Source: Gemmatimonadales bacterium
GTDB taxonomy: Bacteria > Gemmatimonadota > Gemmatimonadetes > Gemmatimonadales > GWC2-71-9
Direction of reading: 5' to 3'
Assembly (NCBI GenBank): GCA_036397755.1
Contig: DASWII010000072.1
Coordinates: 34,883 to 98,882 of the forward strand
Length of the DNA stretch: 64,000 nucleotides
The notes below the pieces were generated by a model, which ran no database searches, was not told the origin of the DNA, and was given only the letters and a program-made list of their open reading frames with translations. The position numbers were made by a program, and so were the translations under genes. Below, one piece after another: positions 1-10,506 of the stretch; positions within the stretch are counted from its first letter, which is position 1; each line of letters opens with the position of its first letter.

Positions 1-1797
<1,797 letters not shown>

Positions 1798-1802
1798 ACT
1801 CG

Positions 1803-2111
1803 ATGCTGTTGGCCCTCAGTCTGTTTGCGCCCACCGGCCAGCCCGGTGGCCGCACCACGCTGCTGTTCTTCGGGCAGATGGCCGCGATCATCGCCATCTT
1901 CTACTACTTCTTCATTCGCCCGAACGCACAGAAGGAAAAGCGGCATCGCGAGCGGCTGAGTCGGATCAAGAAGGGAGATCGCGTCGTGACGGTTGGCGGG
2001 ATCATCGGCGAGGTCGTGCACATCAAGGACGACGAGCTCACCGTGAAATCCGGCGAGTCCCGTGTGGTGGTGCAACGCGGACGCGTCGCCGAGGTCGTCG
2101 GAGACGAGTGA
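1803..2111 (+). CDS. yajC: preprotein translocase subunit YajC
   Basis: ATG at 1803 lies 5 nt after the tgt stop. The product has one hydrophobic helix followed by KKGDRVVTVGGIIGEVV, which is typical of YajC. GTG at 1794 is an alternative start. Confidence 0.85.
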   Translation: MLLALSLFAPTGQPGGRTTLLFFGQMAAIIAIFYYFFIRPNAQKEKRHRERLSRIKKGDRVVTVGGIIGEVVHIKDDELTVKSGESRVVVQRGRVAEVVGDE

Positions 2112-2662
2112 TCGTGGCCCTCCGCCCCATCCACCTCCTCGGATCGCCCATCTTGCGGCAGGTGTCCGCCGCCGTCGGCACGGTCGACGCCACGGTACGG
2201 ACCCTCGTGCAAGACCTGATCGACACGATGCATGCCGACAGCGGCATCGGACTCGCGGCCAACCAGATAGGGGTGGCCTCACAGGTGGCGGTGGTCGAGG
2301 TTGAGGATGGTAGTGAGCCCATCGTCCTGATCGACCCGGTGGTGACCGCGCGCGAGGGGCGGGAACGTGGCGAGGAAGGGTGTCTCTCGATTCCCGATCT
2401 GTTCGGCGACATTGACCGTGCCCGGCACATCACCTTCGAGACCACCACGCTGAACAACGAGCGCGTGACGTTATCGGCGGAGGGACTCGAGGCCCGCGCG
2501 ATTCAGCATGAAGTCGACCATCTACATGGCGTGCTGTTCATCGATCATCTGAGCCCACTCAAGCGACGTATGCTGTTGGCCAAATGGAAGAAGGCCCGCA
2601 AGGGGAAGACGGGATACCTGAAGGAGGTCACGGCTCAGGACGAGCCTATGGCCGGGCGGTAA
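2108..2662 (+). CDS. def: peptide deformylase
   Basis: GTG at 2108 overlaps the yajC TGA. The three deformylase motifs are present: GIGLAANQIG, EGCLSIP and HEVDHLHG. Confidence 0.93.
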   Translation: MIVALRPIHLLGSPILRQVSAAVGTVDATVRTLVQDLIDTMHADSGIGLAANQIGVASQVAVVEVEDGSEPIVLIDPVVTAREGRERGEEGCLSIPDLFGDIDRARHITFETTTLNNERVTLSAEGLEARAIQHEVDHLHGVLFIDHLSPLKRRMLLAKWKKARKGKTGYLKEVTAQDEPMAGR

Positions 2663-2663
2663 C

Positions 2664-3596
2664 GTGCGATCAGTCTTCTTCGGCACTCCGGACTTCGCGG
2701 TGCCGTCACTCCGCGCCCTCGTCGGCGAGGGCTTCGACGTCGCGGCGGTCGTCACCCAACCCGATCGCCCGCAGGGGCGATCGCGCTCGACACGGATTCC
2801 GTCACCCGTGAAGCAAGTCGCCACGGACGAAGGGATCGACGTGCTGCAACCCGAACAGCCCAACGACCCGCAGTTCCTCGAGGAGCTGAGCGCGCTCCGT
2901 CCGGACATAGGCATCGTGGTGGCGTACGGCCACATCCTCAAACCCCACATCCTGGCCGTCCCCACGCGCGGCATGGTGAATGTCCATGCGTCCCTGCTCC
3001 CGAAGCTGCGCGGCGCGGCTCCCATCGTGCACGCGATCCTCGAGAGACTCGACACGACGGGCGTGTCCATCATGGAGATGGACGCCGGCATGGATACCGG
3101 GCCGATCCTCCATCAAGTGTCGACGCCGATCGCGACCGACGAGACGGGCGGTGAACTCACGGTGCGACTGGCGGAACTCGGCGCGCTCGCCCTGATCGAG
3201 GCGCTCGCCCTGCTCACCACCAACTCCGCGCTGCGAGTACAGCAGGACCATCATCACGCCAGCTACGCCCCGAAGATCTCACGCGAGATGGCACGTATCC
3301 GCTGGGAGGAGCCGGCCGAACGAATCGGACGGCAGGTACGCGCGTTCGATCCGGATCCAGGCGCGTGGACCAGTCTTGGACGGCGTGATATCAAACTGTT
3401 CGGACCACGGCTGGCCGACGATTGGGTCACGGATGACGCCCCAGGGCAGATCATCGAGACGGACCCTGCGCTCGTGGTCACGGCTGGGGATGGCGCGCTG
3501 CAGTTTCTCGACGTGCAGCCTGCCGGAAAGGCTCGCATGAGCGCCGTGGAATGGCTCCGGGGCCGCGGGGCGACCAAAGCACAGCGCTTCGGATGA
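2664..3596 (+). CDS. fmt: methionyl-tRNA formyltransferase
   Basis: GTG at 2664 lies 1 nt after the def stop. N-terminal VFFGTPDFAVPSL and HASLLPKLRGAAPI are typical Fmt motifs, and the def-fmt order is conserved. Confidence 0.92.
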   Translation: MRSVFFGTPDFAVPSLRALVGEGFDVAAVVTQPDRPQGRSRSTRIPSPVKQVATDEGIDVLQPEQPNDPQFLEELSALRPDIGIVVAYGHILKPHILAVPTRGMVNVHASLLPKLRGAAPIVHAILERLDTTGVSIMEMDAGMDTGPILHQVSTPIATDETGGELTVRLAELGALALIEALALLTTNSALRVQQDHHHASYAPKISREMARIRWEEPAERIGRQVRAFDPDPGAWTSLGRRDIKLFGPRLADDWVTDDAPGQIIETDPALVVTAGDGALQFLDVQPAGKARMSAVEWLRGRGATKAQRFG

Positions 3597-4213
3597 CCCC
3601 TGTGCCACGCGTGCACGCGGTGACGGACGACCGCGTGCTCGCTCACCGCGACTTCCCGGCCCGGCTCGCGTCCCTCCGCGGGGTGGATGACCTGGCGGTG
3701 CACGTGCGATCGAGAACACGCCCGGCCGCGGAACTCATGTCCGTGATCCGCAGGTGTCGCGAACTGGCGCTCACGGTGGTGGTCAACGACCGCGTCGACC
3801 TCGCGCTGGCCGCCGCGACCGACGGTATCCACCTGCCCGCCGACGGCCTCCCCACCGAGAGCGCACGGCGGCTGGCCGGTCCCGCCGTGTGGATCGGATG
3901 CTCCGCTCACACCCCGGACGAAGCGCGCGCCGCCACCAAAACCGGAGCGGACTACGTCTACCTTGGTCCCATATGGGCGACCGCGTCCCATCCACTCCGG
4001 CCGCCCCTGGGGATCGCCGCGGTAGCGGCGGTCCCCGACGCGCGCGTCATCGCCATCGGTGGCGTGACGGCGGCTCGCGCCCCGGACTGCCGACGCGCGG
4101 GCGCCCACGGCATCGCCGCCATCAGCGCCATCTGGGACACCCCCGATCCCGGCGCGGCGGCCCGTGAGCTCCTGCTATCTTTTCTCCATGGGACGGAGAG
4201 TGAAGCACAATGA
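3593..4213 (+). CDS. thiE: thiamine-phosphate synthase
   Basis: ATG at 3593 forms an ATGA overlap with the fmt stop. The translation (VHAVTDDRV..., VVVNDRVDLALA, DYVYLGPIW, IAIGGV) is ThiE-like. Confidence 0.85.
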   Translation: MTPVPRVHAVTDDRVLAHRDFPARLASLRGVDDLAVHVRSRTRPAAELMSVIRRCRELALTVVVNDRVDLALAAATDGIHLPADGLPTESARRLAGPAVWIGCSAHTPDEARAATKTGADYVYLGPIWATASHPLRPPLGIAAVAAVPDARVIAIGGVTAARAPDCRRAGAHGIAAISAIWDTPDPGAAARELLLSFLHGTESEAQ

Positions 4214-4422
4214 GTGATGCAGGCATGATCACCGTGAACGGGCGTGCCCGGCCACTGGAGGCACCCACCTCACTCCTGCGCCTCCTCGAGCAGTTGGCGC
4301 TGGATCCGCGGGCGGTCGTGGTCGAGCTGAATCGCGAGATCGTGCGGCGACCCCAACTCGCCGATACGCGGGTCCAGCCGGGCGATCAGCTCGAGCTGGT
4401 GCATTTTGTGGGGGGAGGATAG
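4210..4422 (+). CDS. thiS: sulfur carrier protein ThiS
   Basis: The product is about 65-70 aa, ends in the GG C-terminus (...VHFVGGG) and has an ITVNG start motif. ATG at 4210 overlaps the thiE stop; ATG at 4225 is an alternative start. Confidence 0.85.
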   Translation: MSDAGMITVNGRARPLEAPTSLLRLLEQLALDPRAVVVELNREIVRRPQLADTRVQPGDQLELVHFVGGG

Positions 4423-4424
4423 TC

Positions 4425-5222
4425 ATGGCCACCAGTGCGGCAACGGAGCTCGACACGCCACTCACGATCGCGGGACGGACCTTTCGGTCGCGACTCATGG
4501 TGGGGACGGGAAAGTACCGGAGCAACAGCCTCATGGGCGCCGCGTTGGATGCATCCGGCGCCGAAATCGTGACCGTGGCCGTCCGGCGGGTGGATCTCGA
4601 TCGTTCCAAAGAGGAAGGGATTCTCTACCATCTCGACACGGCCAAGTACTTCCTGCTGGCGAATACGGCGGGCTGTTACTCGGCCGAGGACGCCATTCGC
4701 TATGCCAGACTGGCTCGGGAAGCCGGGTTCAACGAGTTCATCAAGCTCGAGGTGATCGGCGACCAACCGACGCTTCTCCCCGACACCGAAGGACTGCTGC
4801 AGGCCGCCAAAGCGCTCGTGGCGGAGGGGTTCGCTGTGATGGCGTACACCAACGACGACTTGGTGACGGCGCTGCGGCTCGAGGACCTGGGCTGTGCGGC
4901 CGTGATGCCGCTCGCGTCCCCGATCGGGTCTGGGTTGGGACTCGTGAATCCGTACACAGTTCGGACGATCAAACAGCGATTGGCGTGCCCGGTCATCGTG
5001 GATGCGGGTGTCGGGACCGCGTCCGACGCGTGCATCACCATGGAACAGGGTGTGGATGGGATCCTCATGAACACCGCGCTCGCCGAAGCACGGGACCCAG
5101 TGCGTATGGCCACCGCGATGCGGCTGGCCGTCGAGGCGGGGCGGGAGGCGTTCCTCGCCGGACGGATGCCTCGCCGCGAGATCGCGGTTCCGTCGAGCCC
5201 TACGACGGGTCTGCTGGACTGA
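4425..5222 (+). CDS. thiG: thiazole synthase
   Basis: The translation (LTIAGRTFRSRLMVGTGKY, IKLEVIGD, VMPLASPIGSG, VDAGVGTASDA) is typical ThiG. It starts 2 nt after thiS. Confidence 0.92.
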   Translation: MATSAATELDTPLTIAGRTFRSRLMVGTGKYRSNSLMGAALDASGAEIVTVAVRRVDLDRSKEEGILYHLDTAKYFLLANTAGCYSAEDAIRYARLAREAGFNEFIKLEVIGDQPTLLPDTEGLLQAAKALVAEGFAVMAYTNDDLVTALRLEDLGCAAVMPLASPIGSGLGLVNPYTVRTIKQRLACPVIVDAGVGTASDACITMEQGVDGILMNTALAEARDPVRMATAMRLAVEAGREAFLAGRMPRREIAVPSSPTTGLLD

Positions 5223-5224
5223 CC

Positions 5225-6463
5225 GTGGAGGCGGGGCGTGCGGCCCGCGAGGCGGCCCTCGCGATCCTCCAAGGCGTGCGGGCTGGAGACGGCTGGGACG
5301 ATGTGCTCGCCGCGGCGATCGCTCCCCTCAAAGGTGACGACGCGCGGCTGGCCCACGAGATCGCCGCGGGCGTGTTGCGGATGCGCCGCCCCCTGGACGA
5401 GCGCCTCTCCGCGCTTGCGTCGGCGTGGGAGACGACCTCTGACGACCTCAAGGATCTGGCACGGATCGGGGCGTTTCAGTTACTCGTGCTCGATCGCGTC
5501 CCGCCGTACGCGGCCGTGCAAACCACCGTAGAAGCCGCGAAACATGCCGTGGGGGTGGGCGGAAGCCGGTTCGTCAACGCCATTCTCCGCCGCCTGGCGA
5601 CGGGCGGCGCCGTGACCACGGATTTCGCCAACGGTTTTGCCACACACCCCGACTGGCTGATCACGCGCTGGACCGCGCGGTTCGGCGTCGAGGCGACCGC
5701 TAGGCTGCTCGAGCACAACGATGAACGCCCCGACATGACCCTGGTACCTTACCGCTGGACCGTCGACCGGCTGGCGCAGGCTCTCACCCACCGCGACATT
5801 CCGTTCCGCCCGGCAGCCTTTGGAACGGGATTTGTCGTGGCCACGGGTCGAGCCTCCGACTTTCCGGGATTCGCGGAAGGCGCGTTCCTCGTGCAGGACG
5901 CTGCCCAATCGGCGTTGCTCGAGTTCGCGCGGCTGCCGAGCAGCAGCATGATCTGGGATGCGTGCGCCGCTCCCGGGGGAAAGGCGCTGTGTTTGGCCCG
6001 GAGCGGAGTCGTGCTGGCCACCGACCTGCGGAGTGCTCGGGTGACTCGGCTGCGCGAGTCGTCGCGCCGGTGCGGCGCCGAGATGCTCGTGGCGGTGGCT
6101 GATGCGCGCCGGTCGCCATTCCGCGACGAGCAGTTCGACGCTGTGTTGGTCGATGCCCCCTGCACGGCCACCGGGACGATGCGTCGTCATCCCGACGCCC
6201 GGTGGCGTTTGGATGCGAGGATGATCACGCGGGCGGCGGAGTTGCAGCGCACCATATTGGACGGCGCGGCGCCAGCGGTCCGGCGGCGCGGGGTACTCGT
6301 GTATCTGACGTGCTCGCTGGAACCCGAGGAGAACGACGAGCAGGTGGAGGCTTTCTTGTCGACGCACCCGAACTTCCGGCGAACCACCGAAGATCGCTTC
6401 CTGTTTCCACCCGACCGTGGAACCGATGGTGGATTCGGGGCCCGGCTGGAACGCGTGGCATGA
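5225..6463 (+). CDS. rsmB: 16S rRNA (cytosine967-C5)-methyltransferase RsmB/Sun-like
   Basis: GTG at 5225 lies 2 nt after the thiG stop. A NusB-like N-terminal region is followed by a SAM methyltransferase core (DACAAPGGK, VDAPCTATG, YLTCS). The track ORF from 4406 is an out-of-frame extension over thiG. Confidence 0.85.
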   Translation: MEAGRAAREAALAILQGVRAGDGWDDVLAAAIAPLKGDDARLAHEIAAGVLRMRRPLDERLSALASAWETTSDDLKDLARIGAFQLLVLDRVPPYAAVQTTVEAAKHAVGVGGSRFVNAILRRLATGGAVTTDFANGFATHPDWLITRWTARFGVEATARLLEHNDERPDMTLVPYRWTVDRLAQALTHRDIPFRPAAFGTGFVVATGRASDFPGFAEGAFLVQDAAQSALLEFARLPSSSMIWDACAAPGGKALCLARSGVVLATDLRSARVTRLRESSRRCGAEMLVAVADARRSPFRDEQFDAVLVDAPCTATGTMRRHPDARWRLDARMITRAAELQRTILDGAAPAVRRRGVLVYLTCSLEPEENDEQVEAFLSTHPNFRRTTEDRFLFPPDRGTDGGFGARLERVA

Positions 6464-7317
6464 GGCGACCCCGGCAGGCCGAGCGACGCGCCGTCTGGAT
6501 GCAGGCGCTGCGGGCGCAGGCGGTCCGTGCGCGCACAGCGCTGAGCGGCCGCGTCGGCCCACTCGGGGAGCGGTGGCGGCCGTTCGTGTCCCGGATGCGC
6601 AGCCATCCTGCGGCGCTGCTCGGCGCGGGCTTCATGCTGATGTTCGCCTTCGGATACCTTATCGCGGCATTGGTGCTCTTTCCGGCGCCGATCTTCGCGC
6701 AGACACGAATGGTCCCACGGCTGCTGGATCTGGAGCGCGAAACGGCCGAGAGTCGTTTGACGGAGTCAGGCCTGGTCCTCGGGCAGGCGGACGTTGAGAG
6801 TCACCCGAGCAGCCCGCGAGGGAGGGTGACCTGGCAGAGTCCGCCGCCAGGCGTGCGCGTGCCCGAAGGCTCGGTCGTGCGCATCACCGTGAGCGGGGGG
6901 CCGCAGCGCGTGGCCGTGCCGGACCTTGTCGGCTACGACATCCAGGCGGCACGGGCGTTGGTGGAGGCCGCCGGACTCGCCGTGGGCCGGGTGGACGCCA
7001 CTCAGGCGCCGGCGCCCCAGGGCGTAGTCGTGAGCACCCGGCCGCCGACGGGCGCGACACTGCTTCCTGGTGGTGAGGTGATACTCATGGTGAGTGTCGG
7101 AGCCCCCACGATCACCGTGCCGGACCTTACCGGACTGACGAGGGATTCCGCCGGTGCCGTGCTGGAGGAAGTGGGGCTCACGCTGGGTACCTCACTGCGT
7201 CGCACGTCGACGCGTGGGGCGCCGGATACCGTGATCGAACAAGACCCGGCCCCCGGGACCTTGAGTGCGCCGGGCACCGTGGTCAACATACGCATCGCAA
7301 GGAGACCGTCGGAATGA
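6460..7317 (+). CDS. membrane-anchored protein with three PASTA repeats and no kinase domain
   Basis: ATG at 6460 forms an ATGA overlap with rsmB. The product has an Arg-rich N-terminus of about 44 aa, one TM helix (LLGAGFMLMFAFGYLIAALVLF), then three repeats of about 65 aa with a VPDL(V/T)G...G PASTA-like pattern. Confidence 0.8.
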   Translation: MRRPRQAERRAVWMQALRAQAVRARTALSGRVGPLGERWRPFVSRMRSHPAALLGAGFMLMFAFGYLIAALVLFPAPIFAQTRMVPRLLDLERETAESRLTESGLVLGQADVESHPSSPRGRVTWQSPPPGVRVPEGSVVRITVSGGPQRVAVPDLVGYDIQAARALVEAAGLAVGRVDATQAPAPQGVVVSTRPPTGATLLPGGEVILMVSVGAPTITVPDLTGLTRDSAGAVLEEVGLTLGTSLRRTSTRGAPDTVIEQDPAPGTLSAPGTVVNIRIARRPSE

Positions 7318-7985
7318 GCCGCAGTGTCGTGATCGCCCCGAGTGTGCTGGCCGCGGATCTGGGCAGCCTGGCGGACCAGGTCACCGCCGTGACCGAGGGT
7401 GGCGCCGAGTGGATTCACGTCGATGTGATGGACGGCCACTTCGTGCCCAATCTCACGTTCGGGGTTCCGCTGCTGCGCGCGTTGCGCCGCGTGACCGATC
7501 TGCCACTCGATGTCCATCTGATGGTCGAGCGCCCGGAGACCTATATTTCCACGTTCGCGGCGGCCGGCGCGAACGTGTTCACGTTTCATCCCGAAGCCAC
7601 CCGGCATGTGCAGCGGCACCTCGACCAAGTGCGGGAGGCCGGCATGCGAGCGGGGCTGGCGTTGAACCCTGGCACGCCGCTGGCGCTGGCCGACGAGGTC
7701 GTCGGTGATATCGATCTGTTGCTGATCATGTCCGTGAACCCAGGATTTGGGGGGCAGCGGTACTTGCCGGCGTCCACGGCAAAGATCGTGCGGGCCCGGG
7801 CGCTGCTTGATCGGGTCCAAAGCGGGGCGCGACTCGAAGTCGACGGCGGCATCAGCCGCGAGACGATCGGGGCCGCGTGGCAGGCGGGAGCGGATACGTT
7901 TGTGGTGGGGTCCGCCCTGTTCGGGGCGGACGACCCCACCAGCGAAGTGCGTGAACTGCGAAACCGGTGTGCATTCAAGGCGTAG
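7314..7985 (+). CDS. rpe: ribulose-phosphate 3-epimerase
   Basis: ATGA overlap with the preceding gene. The translation shows IAPSVLAAD, HVDVMDGHFVPN, MSVNPGFGGQ and VDGGI. Confidence 0.93.
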   Translation: MSRSVVIAPSVLAADLGSLADQVTAVTEGGAEWIHVDVMDGHFVPNLTFGVPLLRALRRVTDLPLDVHLMVERPETYISTFAAAGANVFTFHPEATRHVQRHLDQVREAGMRAGLALNPGTPLALADEVVGDIDLLLIMSVNPGFGGQRYLPASTAKIVRARALLDRVQSGARLEVDGGISRETIGAAWQAGADTFVVGSALFGADDPTSEVRELRNRCAFKA

Positions 7986-7989
7986 CCAA

Positions 7990-8547
7990 GTGACCCAGAA
8001 AGCTCAGTGGATTCTCGTTCTCGTGATCGTCGGCCTGCTCGGCGGGGCGCTCATCGGGGGCATGGCGTTGTCGCCCACGCTGGCGCCGGTCGGGGTGGAG
8101 AGCAAAGCCCCCCGGTTCGAGGCGGTTTCCGTCGCGACCGGCGACACAGTCGACATGCGCTATGAGGGTGACGTTGTGCTCCTCAACATCTGGGCGACCT
8201 GGTGCATCCCGTGCGAAGCCGAGATGCCATCGATCCAACGGCTGTATCAGGAACTCGGACCGGCCGGGCTGCGGGTCGTGGCCGTCAGTGTCGATGCCGG
8301 CCCAAGGGAAGAGGTGAAGCAGTGGGTGACCAGCCGCGCGCTCACCTTCGAGATCCTGCAGGATCAGACGGGACGAATCGAGCGCATGTACCAGACGACG
8401 GGCGTGCCGGAAACGTTCCTGATCGATCGGCAAGGCATCATCGTGAAGAAGATCATCGGTGCGACGGAATGGGACCACCCGGCGCAGAAGACGCTCATCC
8501 GCGAACTGCTTCGTGTCAGTGAAGATCCGCGCGCCGCTGGGGGCTAG
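7990..8547 (+). CDS. TlpA/ResA-like thiol:disulfide oxidoreductase (thioredoxin fold)
   Basis: GTG at 7990 lies 4 nt after the rpe stop. The product has an N-terminal TM/signal helix and a WATWCIPCEAEMP CxxC redoxin motif. Confidence 0.8.
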   Translation: MTQKAQWILVLVIVGLLGGALIGGMALSPTLAPVGVESKAPRFEAVSVATGDTVDMRYEGDVVLLNIWATWCIPCEAEMPSIQRLYQELGPAGLRVVAVSVDAGPREEVKQWVTSRALTFEILQDQTGRIERMYQTTGVPETFLIDRQGIIVKKIIGATEWDHPAQKTLIRELLRVSEDPRAAGG

Positions 8548-9463
8548 GCTTCGCGCCCTTCTGATCGACCACTGGCCGATCAAGCTCACAGCCATCCTGC
8601 TCTCGACCGTGCTGTGGGCGGTCGTCACAGCCGAGGAACCGACGACGCAGCTCGTGGCCGTGGAGCTGCACGTCACTCCTCCACGTGGCCGGACGCTGGC
8701 CCAGCGACCGCCGACCGTGCAGGCGCTCTACTCGGGGTCAGCGCGGGAACTCCTGAAGCTGCTCGGCCAGCCGCCTCGCATCATTCAGCACATCCCCGAC
8801 ACGGTGATGGGATCCTCGGTGCTGCTTGAACTGGCCGTGAGCGACCTCGTCACGCCGGACGGGGCCAATGTCAACGCGCAGGAGGTCCAACCTCGCACGG
8901 TGACCATCGTGTTGGATGATGCGATCGAGCGCACGGTGCCGGTGTTCCTCCGTGGCACGCCGCAGGCCGACTCGGGGTTCATCGTCGTGGGAACGCCCAT
9001 CGTGACCCCGGGATCGGTGTTGGTGCGGGGACCGGCGGTGTTTGTGTCGCAGGTGCAAGCCGTGGGGACGATCCCGTTCGACATGCGGGGCCTCCGCGCC
9101 CCGATGCGGCAGCGGGTCAGCCTGGACACCGCCGCACTCGGTGGCGCGCGGCCCATGCCACCGGACGTGGAGGTGTTCGTTCAGGTCGGTGCGATCAGCG
9201 AGGTGATGCTCCTCGGGGTTCCCGTTCTCGTGCGATCGGATCGGGCGGGGTCGTGGGCCAGCGAAGTGCCCGCGGTCGTCGTCACCGTGCAAGGACTCGA
9301 CCAGCGCGTTGCCCGGCTCACCCGCGATAGCGTCCGGGTCGTCGCGCGGATCAGCGGCACGACCATCGAAGAGACCGCGGCGCTGGCGGTGGAGGTCGCC
9401 GAGGGGCTCACCGCGTGGACCACCCCGGATTCGGTGGTGGTGCGCCGGAGGTCCGGTGGTTGA
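8519..9463 (+). CDS. YbbR-like domain protein
   Basis: An N-terminal WPIKLTAILLSTVLWAVV anchor is followed by repeated beta-rich modules, as in YbbR/CdaR-type proteins. The start is uncertain: GTG at 8519 overlaps the previous gene by 29 nt. Confidence 0.65.
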   Translation: MKIRAPLGARLRALLIDHWPIKLTAILLSTVLWAVVTAEEPTTQLVAVELHVTPPRGRTLAQRPPTVQALYSGSARELLKLLGQPPRIIQHIPDTVMGSSVLLELAVSDLVTPDGANVNAQEVQPRTVTIVLDDAIERTVPVFLRGTPQADSGFIVVGTPIVTPGSVLVRGPAVFVSQVQAVGTIPFDMRGLRAPMRQRVSLDTAALGGARPMPPDVEVFVQVGAISEVMLLGVPVLVRSDRAGSWASEVPAVVVTVQGLDQRVARLTRDSVRVVARISGTTIEETAALAVEVAEGLTAWTTPDSVVVRRRSGG

Positions 9464-10484
9464 AGTCGTGCTGGGAATCGAAACCTCGTGTGACGAAACG
9501 TCGGCCGCCGTGCTCGTGCGGAGTGACGAGGGACCGCGGCTCGCCGGACTGACGATCCTCTCCCAGGACGTCCATGCCATCTTCCGGGGTGTCGTTCCCG
9601 AACTCGCCAGTCGCGCGCACCTCACGGCCATCACGCCGGTCGTGCGGCAAGCTCTCGACGAGGCCGACCTTGTACTCGACGACGTTGACGCGGTGGCGGT
9701 GACGGCCGGCCCCGGGTTGATCGGTTCGCTGCTGGTCGGCCTGTGCTATGCCAAGGGCGTGGCGGCCGCGCGGGATCTGCCGCTGGTCGGCGTGCATCAT
9801 CTCGAGGGACACGTGTTCGCGGCCACGCTGAGTGACACACGACTTGCCCCGCCGCTCGTAGCCTTGATCGTATCCGGGGGCCACACCCTGCTGCTGGACG
9901 TCCCCGCGTGGGGGCGGTATCGCCTGCTGGGAGGAACGCGTGACGACGCGGCCGGGGAGGCGTTCGACAAGGTCGCGGCGATGCTCGACCTCGGGTACCC
10001 CGGAGGACCGGTCATCGAGCGTCTTGCCACGACCGGCGTCGACCGGTTCGCGTTCCCGCGCCCGATGCGCTCCGACGGTTTCGACTTCTCGTTCAGCGGC
10101 TTGAAAACGGCGGTGCTGTACGCCGCACGCGCGTCCACGGATCTCGAAGCGGACCGTGCCGATCTCGCGCGATCGTTTCAAGAGGCCGTGTTTGACGTGC
10201 TGGTGGACAAGGTGGATCGCGCGCTCCAACACACCGGATATCCGCGCGTGGTTCTCGGGGGCGGTGTCGCATGCAATCAGGCCCTGGCGCATCGCGTGCG
10301 CGACGCGATGCACGCCGGCATCGAAGTGCATGTTGCGCCCCCACGTCTGAACGCCGACAACGCGGCGATGATCGCCCGCGCCGGCTGGTTCCACCTCGAG
10401 GCGGGCACACGCCATGGTCTGGACCTCGATGCCGATCCCCGATTGGCCTGGCCCGGTCTCGAACCCGCGCCCCTTGTGGCGTGA
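9456..10484 (+). CDS. tsaD: tRNA N6-adenosine threonylcarbamoyltransferase TsaD
   Basis: The translation has LGIETSCDETSAAV, GPGLIGSLLVG, HHLEGH and SGGHT motifs. GTG at 9456 or 9468 could be the start, and both overlap or abut the upstream stop. Confidence 0.9.
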   Translation: MVEVVLGIETSCDETSAAVLVRSDEGPRLAGLTILSQDVHAIFRGVVPELASRAHLTAITPVVRQALDEADLVLDDVDAVAVTAGPGLIGSLLVGLCYAKGVAAARDLPLVGVHHLEGHVFAATLSDTRLAPPLVALIVSGGHTLLLDVPAWGRYRLLGGTRDDAAGEAFDKVAAMLDLGYPGGPVIERLATTGVDRFAFPRPMRSDGFDFSFSGLKTAVLYAARASTDLEADRADLARSFQEAVFDVLVDKVDRALQHTGYPRVVLGGGVACNQALAHRVRDAMHAGIEVHVAPPRLNADNAAMIARAGWFHLEAGTRHGLDLDADPRLAWPGLEPAPLVA

Positions 10485-10506
10485 CGCCACGGACGAAAGC
10501 GACGGT

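Noticed and set aside
4406-5224. N-terminal 270-codon extension of the rsmB ORF (track ORF 4406-6463).
   Set aside because: The extension overlaps thiG in another frame and translates to Arg/Gly-rich nonsense. RsmB-like sequence begins only at GTG 5225, directly after the thiG stop.
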